Of a DNA stretch of 50,579 nt, positions 22,179 through 33,697 are shown piece by piece. Made by a program: the position numbers and the translations under genes. Origin of the DNA: Gammaproteobacteria bacterium (GTDB taxonomy: Bacteria > Pseudomonadota > Gammaproteobacteria > Immundisolibacterales > JAKLLR01); assembly GCA_022014175.1 (NCBI GenBank), contig JAKLLR010000003.1:1-50579 (forward strand), in the 5' to 3' direction. The stretch's first letter is position 1. Each line of letters opens with the position of its first letter. Under the pieces are notes generated by a model that saw only the letters and a list, made by a program, of their open reading frames with translations, was not told where the DNA came from and ran no database searches.

Positions 22179-24028
22179 CGACCGCGCATAAAGAGTTTGT
22201 CTATGGCCGAGAGGTCCAACTGAACCCAGGTCGGTCGACCGTGGTTACACTGACCACTCCGCTCGGTGGCCTCCATCTCCCGCAGCAGGCCATTCATCTC
22301 CGGCAGGGTCAGCTGTCGGTTCGCCCGCACTGAGGTGTGGCAAGCGAGAGTCGAGAGCAGCTGGTCCTGCTCCTGCGCAGTGCGGTTGCTACTGCCAAAA
22401 CGCTGCAAGTCGGCAATCAGATCCCGCACCATCGCACTCGCATCCGCATCCCTGAGCAGGGCCGGGACTTCTCGAATCGTGACCGACTCTGGCCCGCTGG
22501 GGGTCACCTCAAAACCGTGGGAGAGCAGCTCATCCTGCGCAGTCAGCACCGTGTCCATCTCTCGGCCTGAGAGGTGAAGCACAAGAGGAATCAGCAGAGG
22601 CTGACGCACCAGGGGATTGTCCGCCCGCTGCTGCTTTAACCGCTCGTAGAGAATCCGCTCATGGCCGGCATGCATATCCACCAGCACCAGACCGGCCCGG
22701 TTTTGCGCCAGGATATAGATGCCGTGGAGCTGGGCCAGGGCATAACCCAGGGGTGGAATCTCTACCTCCTCGGTTTCCGGGGACAGGCCCCCCTCTACAG
22801 CCGTCGCCAGCGGCTGGGCGGCCAGCTGGTAGAACCCGGTTGTTTCACTCACCGAACCACCGGCTACCGCCATTTCAAAATTGGGACGATAGCCGGACAA
22901 ACCGCCAGCCCCGCCGCCCGGGAAGCCGGCTATCGGCATCGGCATCGCGGGCGCACCACCAAAGGCCCCATCAGTGGCAACATTCGGGTTGGTTTCACCG
23001 ACCCCGGCGCGAGCATCCCGCAACCGCTCCCGCACCGCCCGATGGATGAAATCATGCACCATCCGGCTGTCCCGAAAGCGGACCTCGCTTTTGGTCGGAT
23101 GCACATTGACATCCACCCGGGTCGGATCGAGTTCGAGATAGAGCAGATAGGCGGGATGGCGACCCTGATGGAGCACATCGGCGTAACCCAGGCGAATGGC
23201 GTGACTAACAGTTTTGTCACGAATCACCCGGCCATTGACGTAGACGTACTGCATATTCGCGGCGGCGCGGGCAAACGCAGGGGTGGCGATCCACCCCTCC
23301 AGCGACAAACCGGCGGCTTCGCTGCGCAGGGGCAGCGCATGCTCCATGAAGCCCCGACCGAGCAGCTTGCTAACTCGCCCCGCACGGGCGGACTCACTCT
23401 CAGCGATAGGCAGATCCTGCCCCGTACGACCGTTATAACGCCAGGTGAAACGGACATCGAAACGGGCCATTGCAAGCCGTCTCAGAGCCTCCTCAATGTG
23501 GCTCTGTTCGGTCCGTTCGGTCCGCAGGAACTTACGCCGGGCCGGGGTGTTGTAGAAGAGATCCCGCACCACCACGCTGGTGCCCTGCGGGTGCGGTGCA
23601 GGCTGGGGGTCGCCGCCCTCGGCCCCGGAGCCGACCTGCCAGCCGTTGCCGTCCTGAGCTGATATCAGCTGCAGACGAGAGACGGACGCAATCGAGGGCA
23701 GCGCCTCACCGCGAAACCCCAGGGTGGTGATGGCTTCAAGATCCTCCAGGGTTGACACTTTTGAGGTGGCGTGGCGGGTCAGTGCCAGAGAGAGTTGATC
23801 CCGGGGAATACCAAAACCATCATCCCGCACCCGAATCAGCCGGGTACCGCCAGCTTCGATCTCGATATCAATGTGGCGGGCACCCGCATCCAGGGCATTT
23901 TCCAGCACCTCTTTGACCACCGAAGCGGGGCGTTCAACCACCTCCCCGGCAGCAATCTGATCACTCAGATTTGATGACAGTAACTTAATCGAGGGTGGCG
24001 CCTGTCTGTCAGACTGGCCCTCACCCAT
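22175..24028 (-). CDS. mutL: DNA mismatch repair protein MutL
   Basis: QIAAGEVVERPASVVKE, GFRGEAL; endonuclease motifs DMHAGHERILYE, ACH, CNHGRP. Confidence 0.98.
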   Translation of the reverse strand: MGEGQSDRQAPPSIKLLSSNLSDQIAAGEVVERPASVVKEVLENALDAGARHIDIEIEAGGTRLIRVRDDGFGIPRDQLSLALTRHATSKVSTLEDLEAITTLGFRGEALPSIASVSRLQLISAQDGNGWQVGSGAEGGDPQPAPHPQGTSVVVRDLFYNTPARRKFLRTERTEQSHIEEALRRLAMARFDVRFTWRYNGRTGQDLPIAESESARAGRVSKLLGRGFMEHALPLRSEAAGLSLEGWIATPAFARAAANMQYVYVNGRVIRDKTVSHAIRLGYADVLHQGRHPAYLLYLELDPTRVDVNVHPTKSEVRFRDSRMVHDFIHRAVRERLRDARAGVGETNPNVATDGAFGGAPAMPMPIAGFPGGGAGGLSGYRPNFEMAVAGGSVSETTGFYQLAAQPLATAVEGGLSPETEEVEIPPLGYALAQLHGIYILAQNRAGLVLVDMHAGHERILYERLKQQRADNPLVRQPLLIPLVLHLSGREMDTVLTAQDELLSHGFEVTPSGPESVTIREVPALLRDADASAMVRDLIADLQRFGSSNRTAQEQDQLLSTLACHTSVRANRQLTLPEMNGLLREMEATERSGQCNHGRPTWVQLDLSAIDKLFMRGR

Positions 24029-25382
24029 CCCGACGTTCTGGAATGATCAACACGTCCCCTACCCTCAACAGGCGGCTGCTGCCGGGATTATTCCGGCGCA
24101 GCACTGCAAGGGAGACATTATAGCGCTGCGCCAGAGCCGACAGGGTGTCACCCCGACTGACCACATGTTTGATCCGGGATGGCCCGGGCGTTTGTCCAGG
24201 GGTTTCCCCATCCGACTCCGCCAGGGTACTGAACTGGGGCAGCTCATGACGATATCGCCGAATACCATCCAGCAGCGCACTGGCCAGAAGCGTCTGGTGG
24301 CCGCCGCTACGGAGCTTCCGCTCCTCTTCCGGGTTTGAGATGAACGCCGTCTCGACCAACACGGAGGGAATATCCGGGGACTTCAGCACCACAAAACCGG
24401 CCTGCTGAACCGTAGATTTATGCAGCGGACCCACACCCTTCAGCGAACTCACCAGATGCTGACCCAGGGTCAGACTGTCTTCTATCGTCGCGTTCTGAGC
24501 GAGATCAATCAGTACCGAACGAACCACGTCATCCTTATCGTCAAGACTCACGCCGCCAATCAGATCCGATGCATTCTCCTTGGCCGCCAACCAGCGGGCC
24601 GCCTCACTGGTGGCACCCCGCTGGGAGACCACATAAACCGAAGAGCCGTGGGCCTTGGGCGATTTGAAGGCATCCGCATGGATCGACACAAACAGATCGG
24701 CATCCAGCGCCCGGGCTTTGGCAATGCGCTGGCGCAGACTGAGGAAGTAATCACCGCTCCGGGTCAATTCCGCCCGCATACCGGGCTCCGCGTCGATTTT
24801 CTGCTTCAGACGCCGCGCGATCTCCAGCACCACCCTCTTCTCCTGGGTGCCACGCGGACCATTGGCCCCTGGATCCTCACCCCCATGTCCCGGATCGAGC
24901 ACCACCACAAAATCTTTTTTTGTTGGCACAGCGCGTGTGATGGAGGTCCCGCTAGCCTGGCCCTGACTAGCCGCCCGAGGTGACAAAGTAGACCCAGGCT
25001 TGTTCAGATCAATCACCAACCGATGGCCATACTGCTCCGCCGGCGGCAACAGAAAGGTCTCGTAATCGATCTTCTGGCTAAGGTCCAGCACCAGACGCAA
25101 ACCACCCCCCCGCGGGGCGTGACGAAGCGCAGTGACCAACTCGCCCGGCTTAACGCTCTGACCTAATCCTGCTACCGCTCCAGTACCGGCCAGATCCAGT
25201 ACCAGGCGGTTCGGCGCTCGTAACGGGAAAGCCTTGTACTCGGTCGCACCACTGAGGTCCAGCACCACCCGGGTATGGGTCGGCGCCTCCCAAACCCGGA
25301 CATCCCTAACCTGAGCCGCCCCGGCCAACAGGGGCAACAAACCAACCAAAGCAACCACACCGCTAAGGATTAACCTGACCAT
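24021..25382 (-). CDS. amiB: N-acetylmuramoyl-L-alanine amidase (AMIN + Amidase_3 + LysM)
   Basis: Signal peptide, LDPGHGGEDPGA, FVSIHAD, LVETAFISN, C-terminal LysM; tsaE-ami-mutL synteny. Confidence 0.9.
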   Translation of the reverse strand: MVRLILSGVVALVGLLPLLAGAAQVRDVRVWEAPTHTRVVLDLSGATEYKAFPLRAPNRLVLDLAGTGAVAGLGQSVKPGELVTALRHAPRGGGLRLVLDLSQKIDYETFLLPPAEQYGHRLVIDLNKPGSTLSPRAASQGQASGTSITRAVPTKKDFVVVLDPGHGGEDPGANGPRGTQEKRVVLEIARRLKQKIDAEPGMRAELTRSGDYFLSLRQRIAKARALDADLFVSIHADAFKSPKAHGSSVYVVSQRGATSEAARWLAAKENASDLIGGVSLDDKDDVVRSVLIDLAQNATIEDSLTLGQHLVSSLKGVGPLHKSTVQQAGFVVLKSPDIPSVLVETAFISNPEEERKLRSGGHQTLLASALLDGIRRYRHELPQFSTLAESDGETPGQTPGPSRIKHVVSRGDTLSALAQRYNVSLAVLRRNNPGSSRLLRVGDVLIIPERRDG

Positions 25383-25843
25383 CGAATGCCCTCCAGCGCG
25401 GTTTTACCCCGCGGGCTGTGCGGAATCAACGCCACCCGACGCCCCTCATGGGCACCGGTAATATGAATATCAAGATCCGGCTGTGGCAACACCCCGGCGG
25501 CCCGTTCCGGCCACTCAATCCAGCAGCTGGTGCGGGTATCGAAAACATCTCTCGCACCGATAAACTCCAGCTCCTCCGGATCACCGAGCCGATAGAGATC
25601 AAAGTGGCAGAGCCGCCCCTTATTCAGTTCATAGCACTCAAGCAGCGGATAGGTCGGACTCGGCACCACTCCGCTGTATCCCAGCCGGCGCAGGGCACCC
25701 CGAACCAGCGTGCTCTTGCCGGCACCCAGGTCGCCCCGCAGAAACACCACGAAACCACCACCAGCCACATCGGCCAACGCCCCGCCCAACCGCCGCTGGG
25801 CTGCTTCCCCTTGCACATCAATCACTCGCATCCGCCATACCAT
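25370..25843 (-). CDS. tsaE: tRNA t6A biosynthesis ATPase TsaE
   Basis: LRGDLGAGKST, VPSPTY, HFDLYRL, IEWPE; start may be 25831. Confidence 0.96.
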   Translation of the reverse strand: MVWRMRVIDVQGEAAQRRLGGALADVAGGGFVVFLRGDLGAGKSTLVRGALRRLGYSGVVPSPTYPLLECYELNKGRLCHFDLYRLGDPEELEFIGARDVFDTRTSCWIEWPERAAGVLPQPDLDIHITGAHEGRRVALIPHSPRGKTALEGIRWSG

Positions 25844-27317
25844 TAATCAGTGCCCGCACTGCAGGGAACAGATCCGAAGCGATCAGCCCCCGCTCGCCAT
25901 CGACCGCAGCCCGGTCCCCGGCCCTGGCGTGCAATGCGGTGGCCGTTTTTGCCGCATTCATCAGGGTCAGCCCCTGCGCCAGCAACCCACCGACCAGACC
26001 ACTCAACACATCACCCATACCACCGCTCGCCATGCCGGGATTGCCATAGGGGCAAACTGTAACTTCATCCTTTGAGACGATCAGGCTACCGGCACCCTTT
26101 AGCAGACAGACACCACCATAGCGGGCCACAATTTCCCGCGCCGCGGCAAACCGATCACCCTCGACTTCTGCTGTATCGCTGTCAAGCAGCCGGGCCGCTT
26201 CACCAGGATGAGGGGTCAATATCCAGTTATCCCGATAAACTGGCTCCCGCGCCAGTAGGTTGAGAGCATCTGCATCCAACACCTTCGGCTCAGGCCGTTC
26301 GAGCACCACCTGCAGCAGGTCGCTGCCCCACACCCCCTGACCCAGGCCGGGTCCCATAACTAGGGCAGTTGCTCGGGCGAACAGCGGCTGCAGGGCTTCA
26401 GACCTCGCCACGCTCTGGGCCATCAGTTCCGGGCGGCTGGCATTGACCTGTGCCGCGTGGGCTGGATGGGTTGCGACACTGACCAGACCCGCACCGGATC
26501 GCAGGGCGGCTTCTCCTGCAAGCCGGACCGCACCCTGCATACCCGCATCACCACCGATCACCAGCAGATGTCCGTAATCGCCCTTGTGGCCGCACCGCCG
26601 CCGAGGCCTGAGGTGAACTGCTCGCAATGACGGCCAGTCCAGCAGCTCCCCAGCGGGCTGGATCTGCTGATACACCCCATCTGGTAACCCTAGGTCGGCC
26701 AGCTCCACCACTCCGGTCACATCCCGCGCCACGCCGGTAAACAGCCCCTGTTTCAGACTGATAAAGCTGACCGTGTGATCCGCAGACAGGGCAGCACCCA
26801 TCACCCGACCAGTCTCGGCATTCAGCCCGGAGGGGACATCCGCCGCCAGCACCGGTACCGCCGCATTGTTGATACGCTCAAACAGACGCTGAAACTCATC
26901 GCTGAGCGGGCGGTCGATCCCGGTACCAAAAAGGGCGTCCACGATCACATCGGCATCACTGACGCGGGTCGGTAAACCGCTGATCTCAGCATAATCCTGC
27001 AGATACCGCGCCCGGGCAGCGGCAGCCTCGCTGCCTTCGCGGCAGCTGCCACACAGGGCGTGTAAATTGACATCAATTCCAGCAGCTCGGGCCAGACGAC
27101 CGAGCACGTAACCGTCACCACCGTTGTTCCCGGCACCACAGAGGACCATAATGCGCCGCACCCGGGGCCAGGCCGCCTGCAAACGCTCGAACAGGGCGTG
27201 ACCCGCGCGCTCCATCAGCTCCAGACCGTCAATCCCGAAATCCCTGATCGCGATGCGATCAAGCTCCCGGCTTTGCGCTACCGTATAGAGACGGGACGAC
27301 GATAGAGTCTGTTCCAT
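25818..27317 (-). CDS. nnr: Bifunctional NAD(P)H-hydrate epimerase/dehydratase
   Basis: GNNGGDG, DALFGTG, DVPSG; HKGDYG, GPGLG, LTPHPGEA, GGMGDVL. Confidence 0.96.
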   Translation of the reverse strand: MEQTLSSSRLYTVAQSRELDRIAIRDFGIDGLELMERAGHALFERLQAAWPRVRRIMVLCGAGNNGGDGYVLGRLARAAGIDVNLHALCGSCREGSEAAAARARYLQDYAEISGLPTRVSDADVIVDALFGTGIDRPLSDEFQRLFERINNAAVPVLAADVPSGLNAETGRVMGAALSADHTVSFISLKQGLFTGVARDVTGVVELADLGLPDGVYQQIQPAGELLDWPSLRAVHLRPRRRCGHKGDYGHLLVIGGDAGMQGAVRLAGEAALRSGAGLVSVATHPAHAAQVNASRPELMAQSVARSEALQPLFARATALVMGPGLGQGVWGSDLLQVVLERPEPKVLDADALNLLAREPVYRDNWILTPHPGEAARLLDSDTAEVEGDRFAAAREIVARYGGVCLLKGAGSLIVSKDEVTVCPYGNPGMASGGMGDVLSGLVGGLLAQGLTLMNAAKTATALHARAGDRAAVDGERGLIASDLFPAVRALINGMADASD

Positions 27318-27405
27318 GCCACCGATTCCTGCTGCTCACTACAATCGCTATAGCCTTCCAGACTCTCATAATGATCAATAACTTATAAAAAATCAAACAA
27401 AAAAC

Positions 27406-28473
27406 ATGGAGTTAGAAAGACTTTCTAGAAAGATTGAAAGGTGGGGAAATGCCCTTGGCTTCGATCAAATCGGCATCACCGATATCAATCTACAACGGGC
27501 CGAGGGTCGTCTGGAGCGCTGGCTGAAGGACAAATTCCATGGCGAGATGGAATACATGGCCCGCCACGGCAGCAAAAGATCGCACCCTGAAGAGCTCTGC
27601 CCAGGCACCCTGAGGGTCATCAGCGCGCGTTTGAACTACTGGCCCGGAGAATCCTCCGAAAAACTCTGGAATCTGCTCGAAAACCCTGATCAGGCCTATG
27701 TCTCCCGCTATGCGCTGGGGCGGGACTACCACAAAATCCTGCGGCGACGGCTGCAACAACTGGCAACTCAAATCGAGACCGAGACAGGTTCTTTTGGCTA
27801 TCGGGTCTTCACAGATAGCGCCCCGGTACTGGAAAAACCGCTGGCGGAAAAGGCCGGCCTGGGCTGGATTGGAAAACACACCAATCTGATCAATCGACAG
27901 GCAGGCTCCTGGTTTTTTCTCGGCGAAATCTACACCGACCTGCCGCTACCACCGAACACTCAGAGGGAACCGGATCACTGCGGTAACTGTCAGGCCTGTA
28001 TCGATGTTTGTCCGACCGGGGCCATTGTGGCCCCCTATCGGCTCGACGCGCGCCGCTGCATCTCCTACCTGACCATTGAGTTGAAAGGGGCCATACCGGT
28101 TGAATTCCGGCCTCTGATTGGTAATCGCATCTTCGGCTGCGACGATTGCCAGCTGGTCTGCCCCTGGAATCGTTTTGCCCAGACCGCCGAACTCCCTGAT
28201 TTCACACCTCGACACAGCCTTGAAAGCATCAGCCTGGTGGAGCTAATGAACTGGGATGAAGCTACTTTTCTCGCTCGCACTACCGGGTCCGCCATCCGCC
28301 GCATCGGTTACGAACGCTGGCAGCGCAATCTGGCGGTTGCGCTGGGTAACGTACCGAATCCGACGCCGAAGGTAGTCACCACCCTCGAACAACAGCGGGC
28401 AAGCAACCCGTCGGAACTGGTACGGGAGCATCTTGACTGGGCGTTAGTGCAGCACCGTGAGAGACCCGAATAG
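27406..28473 (+). CDS. queG: Epoxyqueuosine reductase
   Basis: YALGRDYH, DSAPVLEK, CGNCQACIDVCPT, GCDDCQLVCPWN; divergent from nnr. Confidence 0.97.
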   Translation: MELERLSRKIERWGNALGFDQIGITDINLQRAEGRLERWLKDKFHGEMEYMARHGSKRSHPEELCPGTLRVISARLNYWPGESSEKLWNLLENPDQAYVSRYALGRDYHKILRRRLQQLATQIETETGSFGYRVFTDSAPVLEKPLAEKAGLGWIGKHTNLINRQAGSWFFLGEIYTDLPLPPNTQREPDHCGNCQACIDVCPTGAIVAPYRLDARRCISYLTIELKGAIPVEFRPLIGNRIFGCDDCQLVCPWNRFAQTAELPDFTPRHSLESISLVELMNWDEATFLARTTGSAIRRIGYERWQRNLAVALGNVPNPTPKVVTTLEQQRASNPSELVREHLDWALVQHRERPE

Positions 28474-28662
28474 CTGTCAGCCGGAGAGACCCTCGGGCGC
28501 TCACTCACCGTTCCAATAATCGACAGCGATCGATACCGGACCCTGACCCAGCTTCTCGGCAGCCAACTGCGGTCAATCGGGGCGGCGGCTGACTCTGAAC
28601 CGCCCGCCATCACCCTGCGTCTGAAGCGGTAGCCAGCGCACGCTGTGAATCTCTGGCACCAC

Positions 28663-29223
28663 CTATTTTTTCAGCTTGGAGAATTTCGAACCTTCAATAG
28701 TGAGATTGAACATCAAGCCCTTGTTACTGAAGACGAATCCAACGATAGGATCCTCGATGTCTACTGTGTTGATATCCTCACCGACACCCCATTTAACCAC
28801 CGCAACAGAGCCATCTACCCCCGCCTTCCAACCTGAACTGGCGCGGAACCCTTTGAGAGCAGCAGAATCCAGAAAAACCAGGACAATAGTCTTGGACTGC
28901 GCCCCGGCCTGAAAGCCGATAGAAGCGGCGGCCGTGCTGTAGTAATCGACAGTACGCCCCCCTATGCGCAAGGCGCCCTCACCATACTCTCCACCAATCC
29001 CGAAACCGGCTTTAATCACACTGGGGAAGACCAGCACGCCGTTGGCATTCTGCAGAAACCGGGAGCCACCCGGCACTTCGTTGCGGAAGCGATCAAGCGC
29101 GGCGTCAACCTTGATATCAATCTCTTTGCTGGATGCGGCCTGGGTATCCGCCGCCCAGACCAGGGTCGCCAACAGCAGAACCAGCCAGAGTGAAGCTCCC
29201 CGGCATCTATTTTTCTGGACCAT
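28663..29223 (-). CDS. Exported YSC84/SYLF lipid-binding domain protein
   Basis: Signal peptide; LVFPSVIKAGFGIGGEYGEG, SIGFQAGAQ, NKGLM..IEGSKF; start MVQKNR chosen. Confidence 0.85.
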   Translation of the reverse strand: MVQKNRCRGASLWLVLLLATLVWAADTQAASSKEIDIKVDAALDRFRNEVPGGSRFLQNANGVLVFPSVIKAGFGIGGEYGEGALRIGGRTVDYYSTAAASIGFQAGAQSKTIVLVFLDSAALKGFRASSGWKAGVDGSVAVVKWGVGEDINTVDIEDPIVGFVFSNKGLMFNLTIEGSKFSKLKK

Positions 29224-29562
29224 CACGAACTCATCTCCATCGCCGATGTAGTACAAGGTGACGATGGTAGCACTGCCAGACTTCCGCTTGTTGTATCAGG
29301 TGGGAGCGCACAGGAACTAACGTGAACGGATTCGCCCCTATCACTTTTTATAGAACACAAAGCCAGTGGTGACGAGATGGCGGGCACACGCGAGCTAAAG
29401 ACCAACTGCAAATGTCAGCGGATCTGATCAAGCAGACCAAAAACCGGAGCAGCACAGCCAACCAGCTTGCCCCGGCTTTTGAGCGGCCAACCGGACTGCT
29501 GGAGCCGGCCCGGGCGCCCGGAGCAGGAACCGGACCGAATGGCCCGGCGCACAGAACCTGAC

Positions 29563-29832
29563 TTAGTAGCGGGGACCGCGGGGGCGCTCTTCCCGGGGAC
29601 GCGCTTCGTTCACCTTCAGATTACGGCCACCCATATTAGTGCCGTCCAGCGCCTTAATGGCTTCCTCTGCCTCAGATGCCGAAGACATCTCCACGAAACC
29701 GAAACCCTTTGAACGGCCACTTTCACGATCCATGATGATGTTTGACGAGGAAACTTCCCCGAACTCGTTAAACATCTCCTGGAGATCTTCACTGGTGGTG
29801 GAATAAGGCAGATTACCAACGTAAATATTCAT
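29563..29832 (-). CDS. RRM-domain RNA-binding protein
   Basis: MNIYVGNLPY (RNP2), SKGFGFVEM (RNP1), LKVNEARPRE. Confidence 0.95.
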   Translation of the reverse strand: MNIYVGNLPYSTTSEDLQEMFNEFGEVSSSNIIMDRESGRSKGFGFVEMSSASEAEEAIKALDGTNMGGRNLKVNEARPREERPRGPRY

Positions 29833-30238
29833 ATAAAACCAAATCTCTTTATTACAGCGTGATTCAAAAATGAAGTTACCAAAAAACACCACGCAAATTA
29901 ACTGGCAACGTTTAAATTTTCATGACAGTCCCGATCCGGGGCAGAGCTTCTGAATCAGAAGGCTCATAAGGTTTTATCCGGCAGCGGGACCCGCCACAGC
30001 GCTACTTTTACCATGTCCCCAGCGGGGACCCAAGTTTTTTTACTATTTAGCTAAAAGGCCAATCCCTGGACTAATATCCGAAGTGGTGGGCATCCTGAAA
30101 TTCCAAGGAGTCCAGCTTCTATCCGACCCCAGGAGCCAGAGCGCCCAAAGGACTGTAAGGGCCATGTTGACAATAGCGCCCGACTCTAACATGACAGCTT
30201 CCCACACAAGCGGATGACACGAGAGGCCGAACAGTCGA

Positions 30239-33200
30239 TTACATATTGCGCCGATACTGACCGCCAACCTGATAAAGCGCTCCGGAGAGCTGCCCCAGGG
30301 AGGCGTGCTTGACGCTCTCCAGCAGGGTTTCAAAGATATTACCGCCACTGCGGGCGGTCTGCTGCAGCTCCGTCAGAGCCTGTTCCAATCCGCCCTGGTG
30401 AGCCACATGGAAAGCCTCCACCGCTGCGATCTGCGACTGCTTCTCCTGCTCCGTCGAGCGGATCAGGTCGATAGTGGTTTCATCCTGGTCTGGCGTCTCT
30501 TTCGGCAAGAAAGTATTGACCCCGATGATCGGCAAGCTGCCATCGTGTTTCTTGCCCTCGTAATAGAGACTCTCATCCTGGATCTTGCCCCGCTGGTACA
30601 TGGTCTCCATAGCGCCCAGAACTCCACCCCTATCAGAGATTCGCTCGAACTCGGCATAAACCGCCTCCTCCACCAGATCAGTGAGCTCATCAATCACAAA
30701 CGCGCCCTGCAGTGGATTCTCATTTACATTCAACCCGAGTTCCCGATTGATAATCAGCTGGATCGCCATAGCCCGGCGAACGGACTCCTCGGTAGGGGTG
30801 GTGATTGCCTCGTCGTAGGCGTTGGTATGCAGGCTGTTGCAGTTATCGTAGATCGCATACAGCGCTTGCAACGTTGTGCGGATATCGTTGAACTGGATCT
30901 CCTGGGCGTGCAGCGAACGGCCCGAAGTCTGGATATGATATTTCAGCTTCTGGCTACGCTCATTAGCGCCGTACCGCGCCCGCATCGCCCGGGCCCAGAT
31001 CCGCCGGGCAACCCGACCCATAACCGCGTATTCCGGATCCATGCCGTTGGAGAAGAAAAACGAGAGGTTTGGGGCAAAATCATCCACCCGCATACCCCGG
31101 GCCAGATAATATTCAACAATGGTAAAGCCGTTGGAAAGGGTAAAGGCCAGCTGGGAAATCGGATTCGCCCCAGCCTCGGCGATATGATAGCCGCTGATCG
31201 AAACGCTGTAGTAGTTGTGTACTCTGTTGGCGATGAAATAGGACTGAATATCCCCCATCATCCGTAGAGCGAACTCGGTGGAGAAAATGCAGGTGTTCTG
31301 GGCCTGATCCTCTTTCAGGATATCCGCCTGCACCGTACCCCGGATTCGGCTTAGCGTCTCAGCCCGAATCCGGCCGTAACTCTCACCATCCACCAGTTGG
31401 TCGCCGCTCACGCCGAGCAAACCGAGACCCAAACCCTCGTTCCCCTCAGGCAGCTCCCCCTGATACCGGGGTCGCGGCTTGCCCTCCAGCAGCTGGTTGA
31501 TCTGCTGCTCTGCAGCCTGCCACCGCCCCGTTTCCCGCAGATGGAGTTCGATCTGCTGATCAACAGCGGCATTGATATAGAACGCCAGAATCATCGGCGC
31601 CGGGCCATTGATTGTCATTGAAACGGAGGTGCCCGGGTCACACAAATTAAAACCGGAATAGAGTTTCTTCATATCATCCAGGGTGGCAATCGAGACCCCG
31701 GAGTTACCGATCTTGCCGTAGATATCGGGCCGTTCGTCGGGATCCTCGCCGTAGAGTGTGACCGAATCGAAGGCGGTCGAGAGGCGATTAGCAGGCTGCC
31801 CCAGGGAGACATAGTGGAACCGTCGATTGGTCCGCTCTGGCGTGCCTTCACCAGCGAACATCCGGGCTGGATCCTCCCCGGTGCGGCGGTAGGGGAAGAC
31901 TGACGCGGTGTAGGGGTAATGCCCGGGCAGGTTCTCCCGCAACAGGAAGCTGAGAATCTCACCCCAGTCCTGGTAACGGGGCGCCGCCACTTTCGGCACC
32001 CGCAGATGGCTCAGAGTCTCAACGTAGTTGTCGCCCCGGATCTCGCGGTCACGCACCCGGTAACTGTACTGCTCAGCGGTCACCTCATCCCGCCGCTCGG
32101 GCCACTGCCGTAGCAGTTGCAGGGACTCCTCGGTCAACGCCCCCAGCGCCGAGTTGTAACGCTGCCTCAGCGTCAGAACCGCCAATTCGACACCCGCTTC
32201 CGTCAAACTGTTTTGAGGATAGCGCTCCAATCCTGCTGGCAACTGCTCATCAGCCAGAATCTCCAGACTCCGATAAAGACTCTGGGCCAGAGTCGCCGCT
32301 TCGGCCTGTTGCGGCACCGCCCGGTTAAGACTGCGGCCCTGCTCGGCAATCTCAGCCAGATAGCGCTGACGTGGTCCGGGAATCAGCGCAGGAGCACTGG
32401 GCTTCGCGCCACCGGCCAGCTCGATCTGAGGGGCCCAGGTCGCCTCATCAAGCGCCAGCTTTTTGACCAGATGACGACAGAGATTAATAAATAATCGATT
32501 GGTGCCCGGGTCATTGAACTGACTGGCGATACTGGGATAGACCGGCACCTCCTCATCGGCAAGAGCAAACGCCTTACGGTTGCGCCGCCACTGCTTTTTT
32601 ACATCCCGCAGGGCATCCTCCGCCCCCCGTTTCTCGAATTTATTCAGTACCACGATATCGGCAAAATCGAGCATGTCGATTTTTTCCAGCTGAGTCGCTG
32701 CACCGTATTCACTGGTCATAATGTAGACCGAGAGATCGACGAGATCAGTAATCGATGAATCGCTCTGGCCGATGCCCGCAGTCTCTACCAGAATCAGGCC
32801 AAACCCCTGGCAGGCGAGGAAATCAATGCTGTCAGCCAGAACTTGATTGGTCGCCAGATTCTGCTGGTGGGTGGCCATGGAGCGCATGTAGATACGGGGG
32901 CTGACCAGGGCATTCATGCGGATGCGATCACCCAACAGGGCGCCGCCGGTGCGACGCTTGGTGGGATCCACCGCCAATACCGCAATGCTCAAATCCGGAA
33001 ACCCCTGCAGAAAACGGTTCAATAATTCATCGGTGAGGCTACTCTTGCCGGCGCCCCCCGGACCAGTCAAACCAATAACCGGGGGTCTCCGGGCTGGCGC
33101 TGCCTTACGCCAGATTCTGCGCATCGCGGCCAGAGCCCCGGGGTTCCCGCTTGCCACCTCCAGCTCCGTCAGTGCCTCACCAAGCGCCCGGGGGGTGTCC

Positions 33201-33697
33201 AGGCCCGGCTGAAAGGGGGCTCGACGCCGCCCGCGGGCAGCCTTTGCAGTCCGTTCGATCAGATCGGTAATCATCCCCTCAAGCCCCAGCACCCGGCCAT
33301 CTTCCGGGCTGTAGACCTTCTCCACGCCGTAACCCTCAAGCTCACGGATCTCCTCCGGCACGATGACGCCACCGCCGCCGCCAAATACCCGAATATGCTC
33401 CGCGCCGGCCTGCCGCAGCAGATCAATCATGTACTTGAAGTATTCGACATGGCCGCCCTGGTAGGAGCTGATGGAGATGCCATCCACGTCCTCCTGTAGC
33501 GCCGCCCGAACCACCTCTTCAACCCCCCGGTTATGACCCAGGTGGATGATTTCCGCGCCCTGCTCCTGCATGATCCGGCGCATGATATTGATGGCGGCGT
33601 CATGGCCATCAAACAGGGATGCCGCCGTCACAAAACGGAGTGGCAGTGTGGCCTCAGAAGAGACTGAATCGAAGGCAGTTAGGGTAGCTTCAGGCAT
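30239..33697 (-). CDS. icmF: Fused isobutyryl-CoA mutase / G-protein chaperone IcmF
   Basis: N-terminal B12-binding [12 protein letters not shown], MeaB-like GPGGAGKS and ETAGIGQ, mutase barrel with RMFAGEG; 1152 aa. Confidence 0.95.
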   Translation of the reverse strand: MPEATLTAFDSVSSEATLPLRFVTAASLFDGHDAAINIMRRIMQEQGAEIIHLGHNRGVEEVVRAALQEDVDGISISSYQGGHVEYFKYMIDLLRQAGAEHIRVFGGGGGVIVPEEIRELEGYGVEKVYSPEDGRVLGLEGMITDLIERTAKAARGRRRAPFQPGLDTPRALGEALTELEVASGNPGALAAMRRIWRKAAPARRPPVIGLTGPGGAGKSSLTDELLNRFLQGFPDLSIAVLAVDPTKRRTGGALLGDRIRMNALVSPRIYMRSMATHQQNLATNQVLADSIDFLACQGFGLILVETAGIGQSDSSITDLVDLSVYIMTSEYGAATQLEKIDMLDFADIVVLNKFEKRGAEDALRDVKKQWRRNRKAFALADEEVPVYPSIASQFNDPGTNRLFINLCRHLVKKLALDEATWAPQIELAGGAKPSAPALIPGPRQRYLAEIAEQGRSLNRAVPQQAEAATLAQSLYRSLEILADEQLPAGLERYPQNSLTEAGVELAVLTLRQRYNSALGALTEESLQLLRQWPERRDEVTAEQYSYRVRDREIRGDNYVETLSHLRVPKVAAPRYQDWGEILSFLLRENLPGHYPYTASVFPYRRTGEDPARMFAGEGTPERTNRRFHYVSLGQPANRLSTAFDSVTLYGEDPDERPDIYGKIGNSGVSIATLDDMKKLYSGFNLCDPGTSVSMTINGPAPMILAFYINAAVDQQIELHLRETGRWQAAEQQINQLLEGKPRPRYQGELPEGNEGLGLGLLGVSGDQLVDGESYGRIRAETLSRIRGTVQADILKEDQAQNTCIFSTEFALRMMGDIQSYFIANRVHNYYSVSISGYHIAEAGANPISQLAFTLSNGFTIVEYYLARGMRVDDFAPNLSFFFSNGMDPEYAVMGRVARRIWARAMRARYGANERSQKLKYHIQTSGRSLHAQEIQFNDIRTTLQALYAIYDNCNSLHTNAYDEAITTPTEESVRRAMAIQLIINRELGLNVNENPLQGAFVIDELTDLVEEAVYAEFERISDRGGVLGAMETMYQRGKIQDESLYYEGKKHDGSLPIIGVNTFLPKETPDQDETTIDLIRSTEQEKQSQIAAVEAFHVAHQGGLEQALTELQQTARSGGNIFETLLESVKHASLGQLSGALYQVGGQYRRNM

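Noticed and set aside
28474-28635. About 52 open codons in frame after the queG TAG
   Set aside because: QueG is already full length; no recognisable homology; open frames this long are common at high GC
30043-30200. GAIVNMA peptide resembling an SDR fragment
   Set aside because: Seven-residue resemblance only
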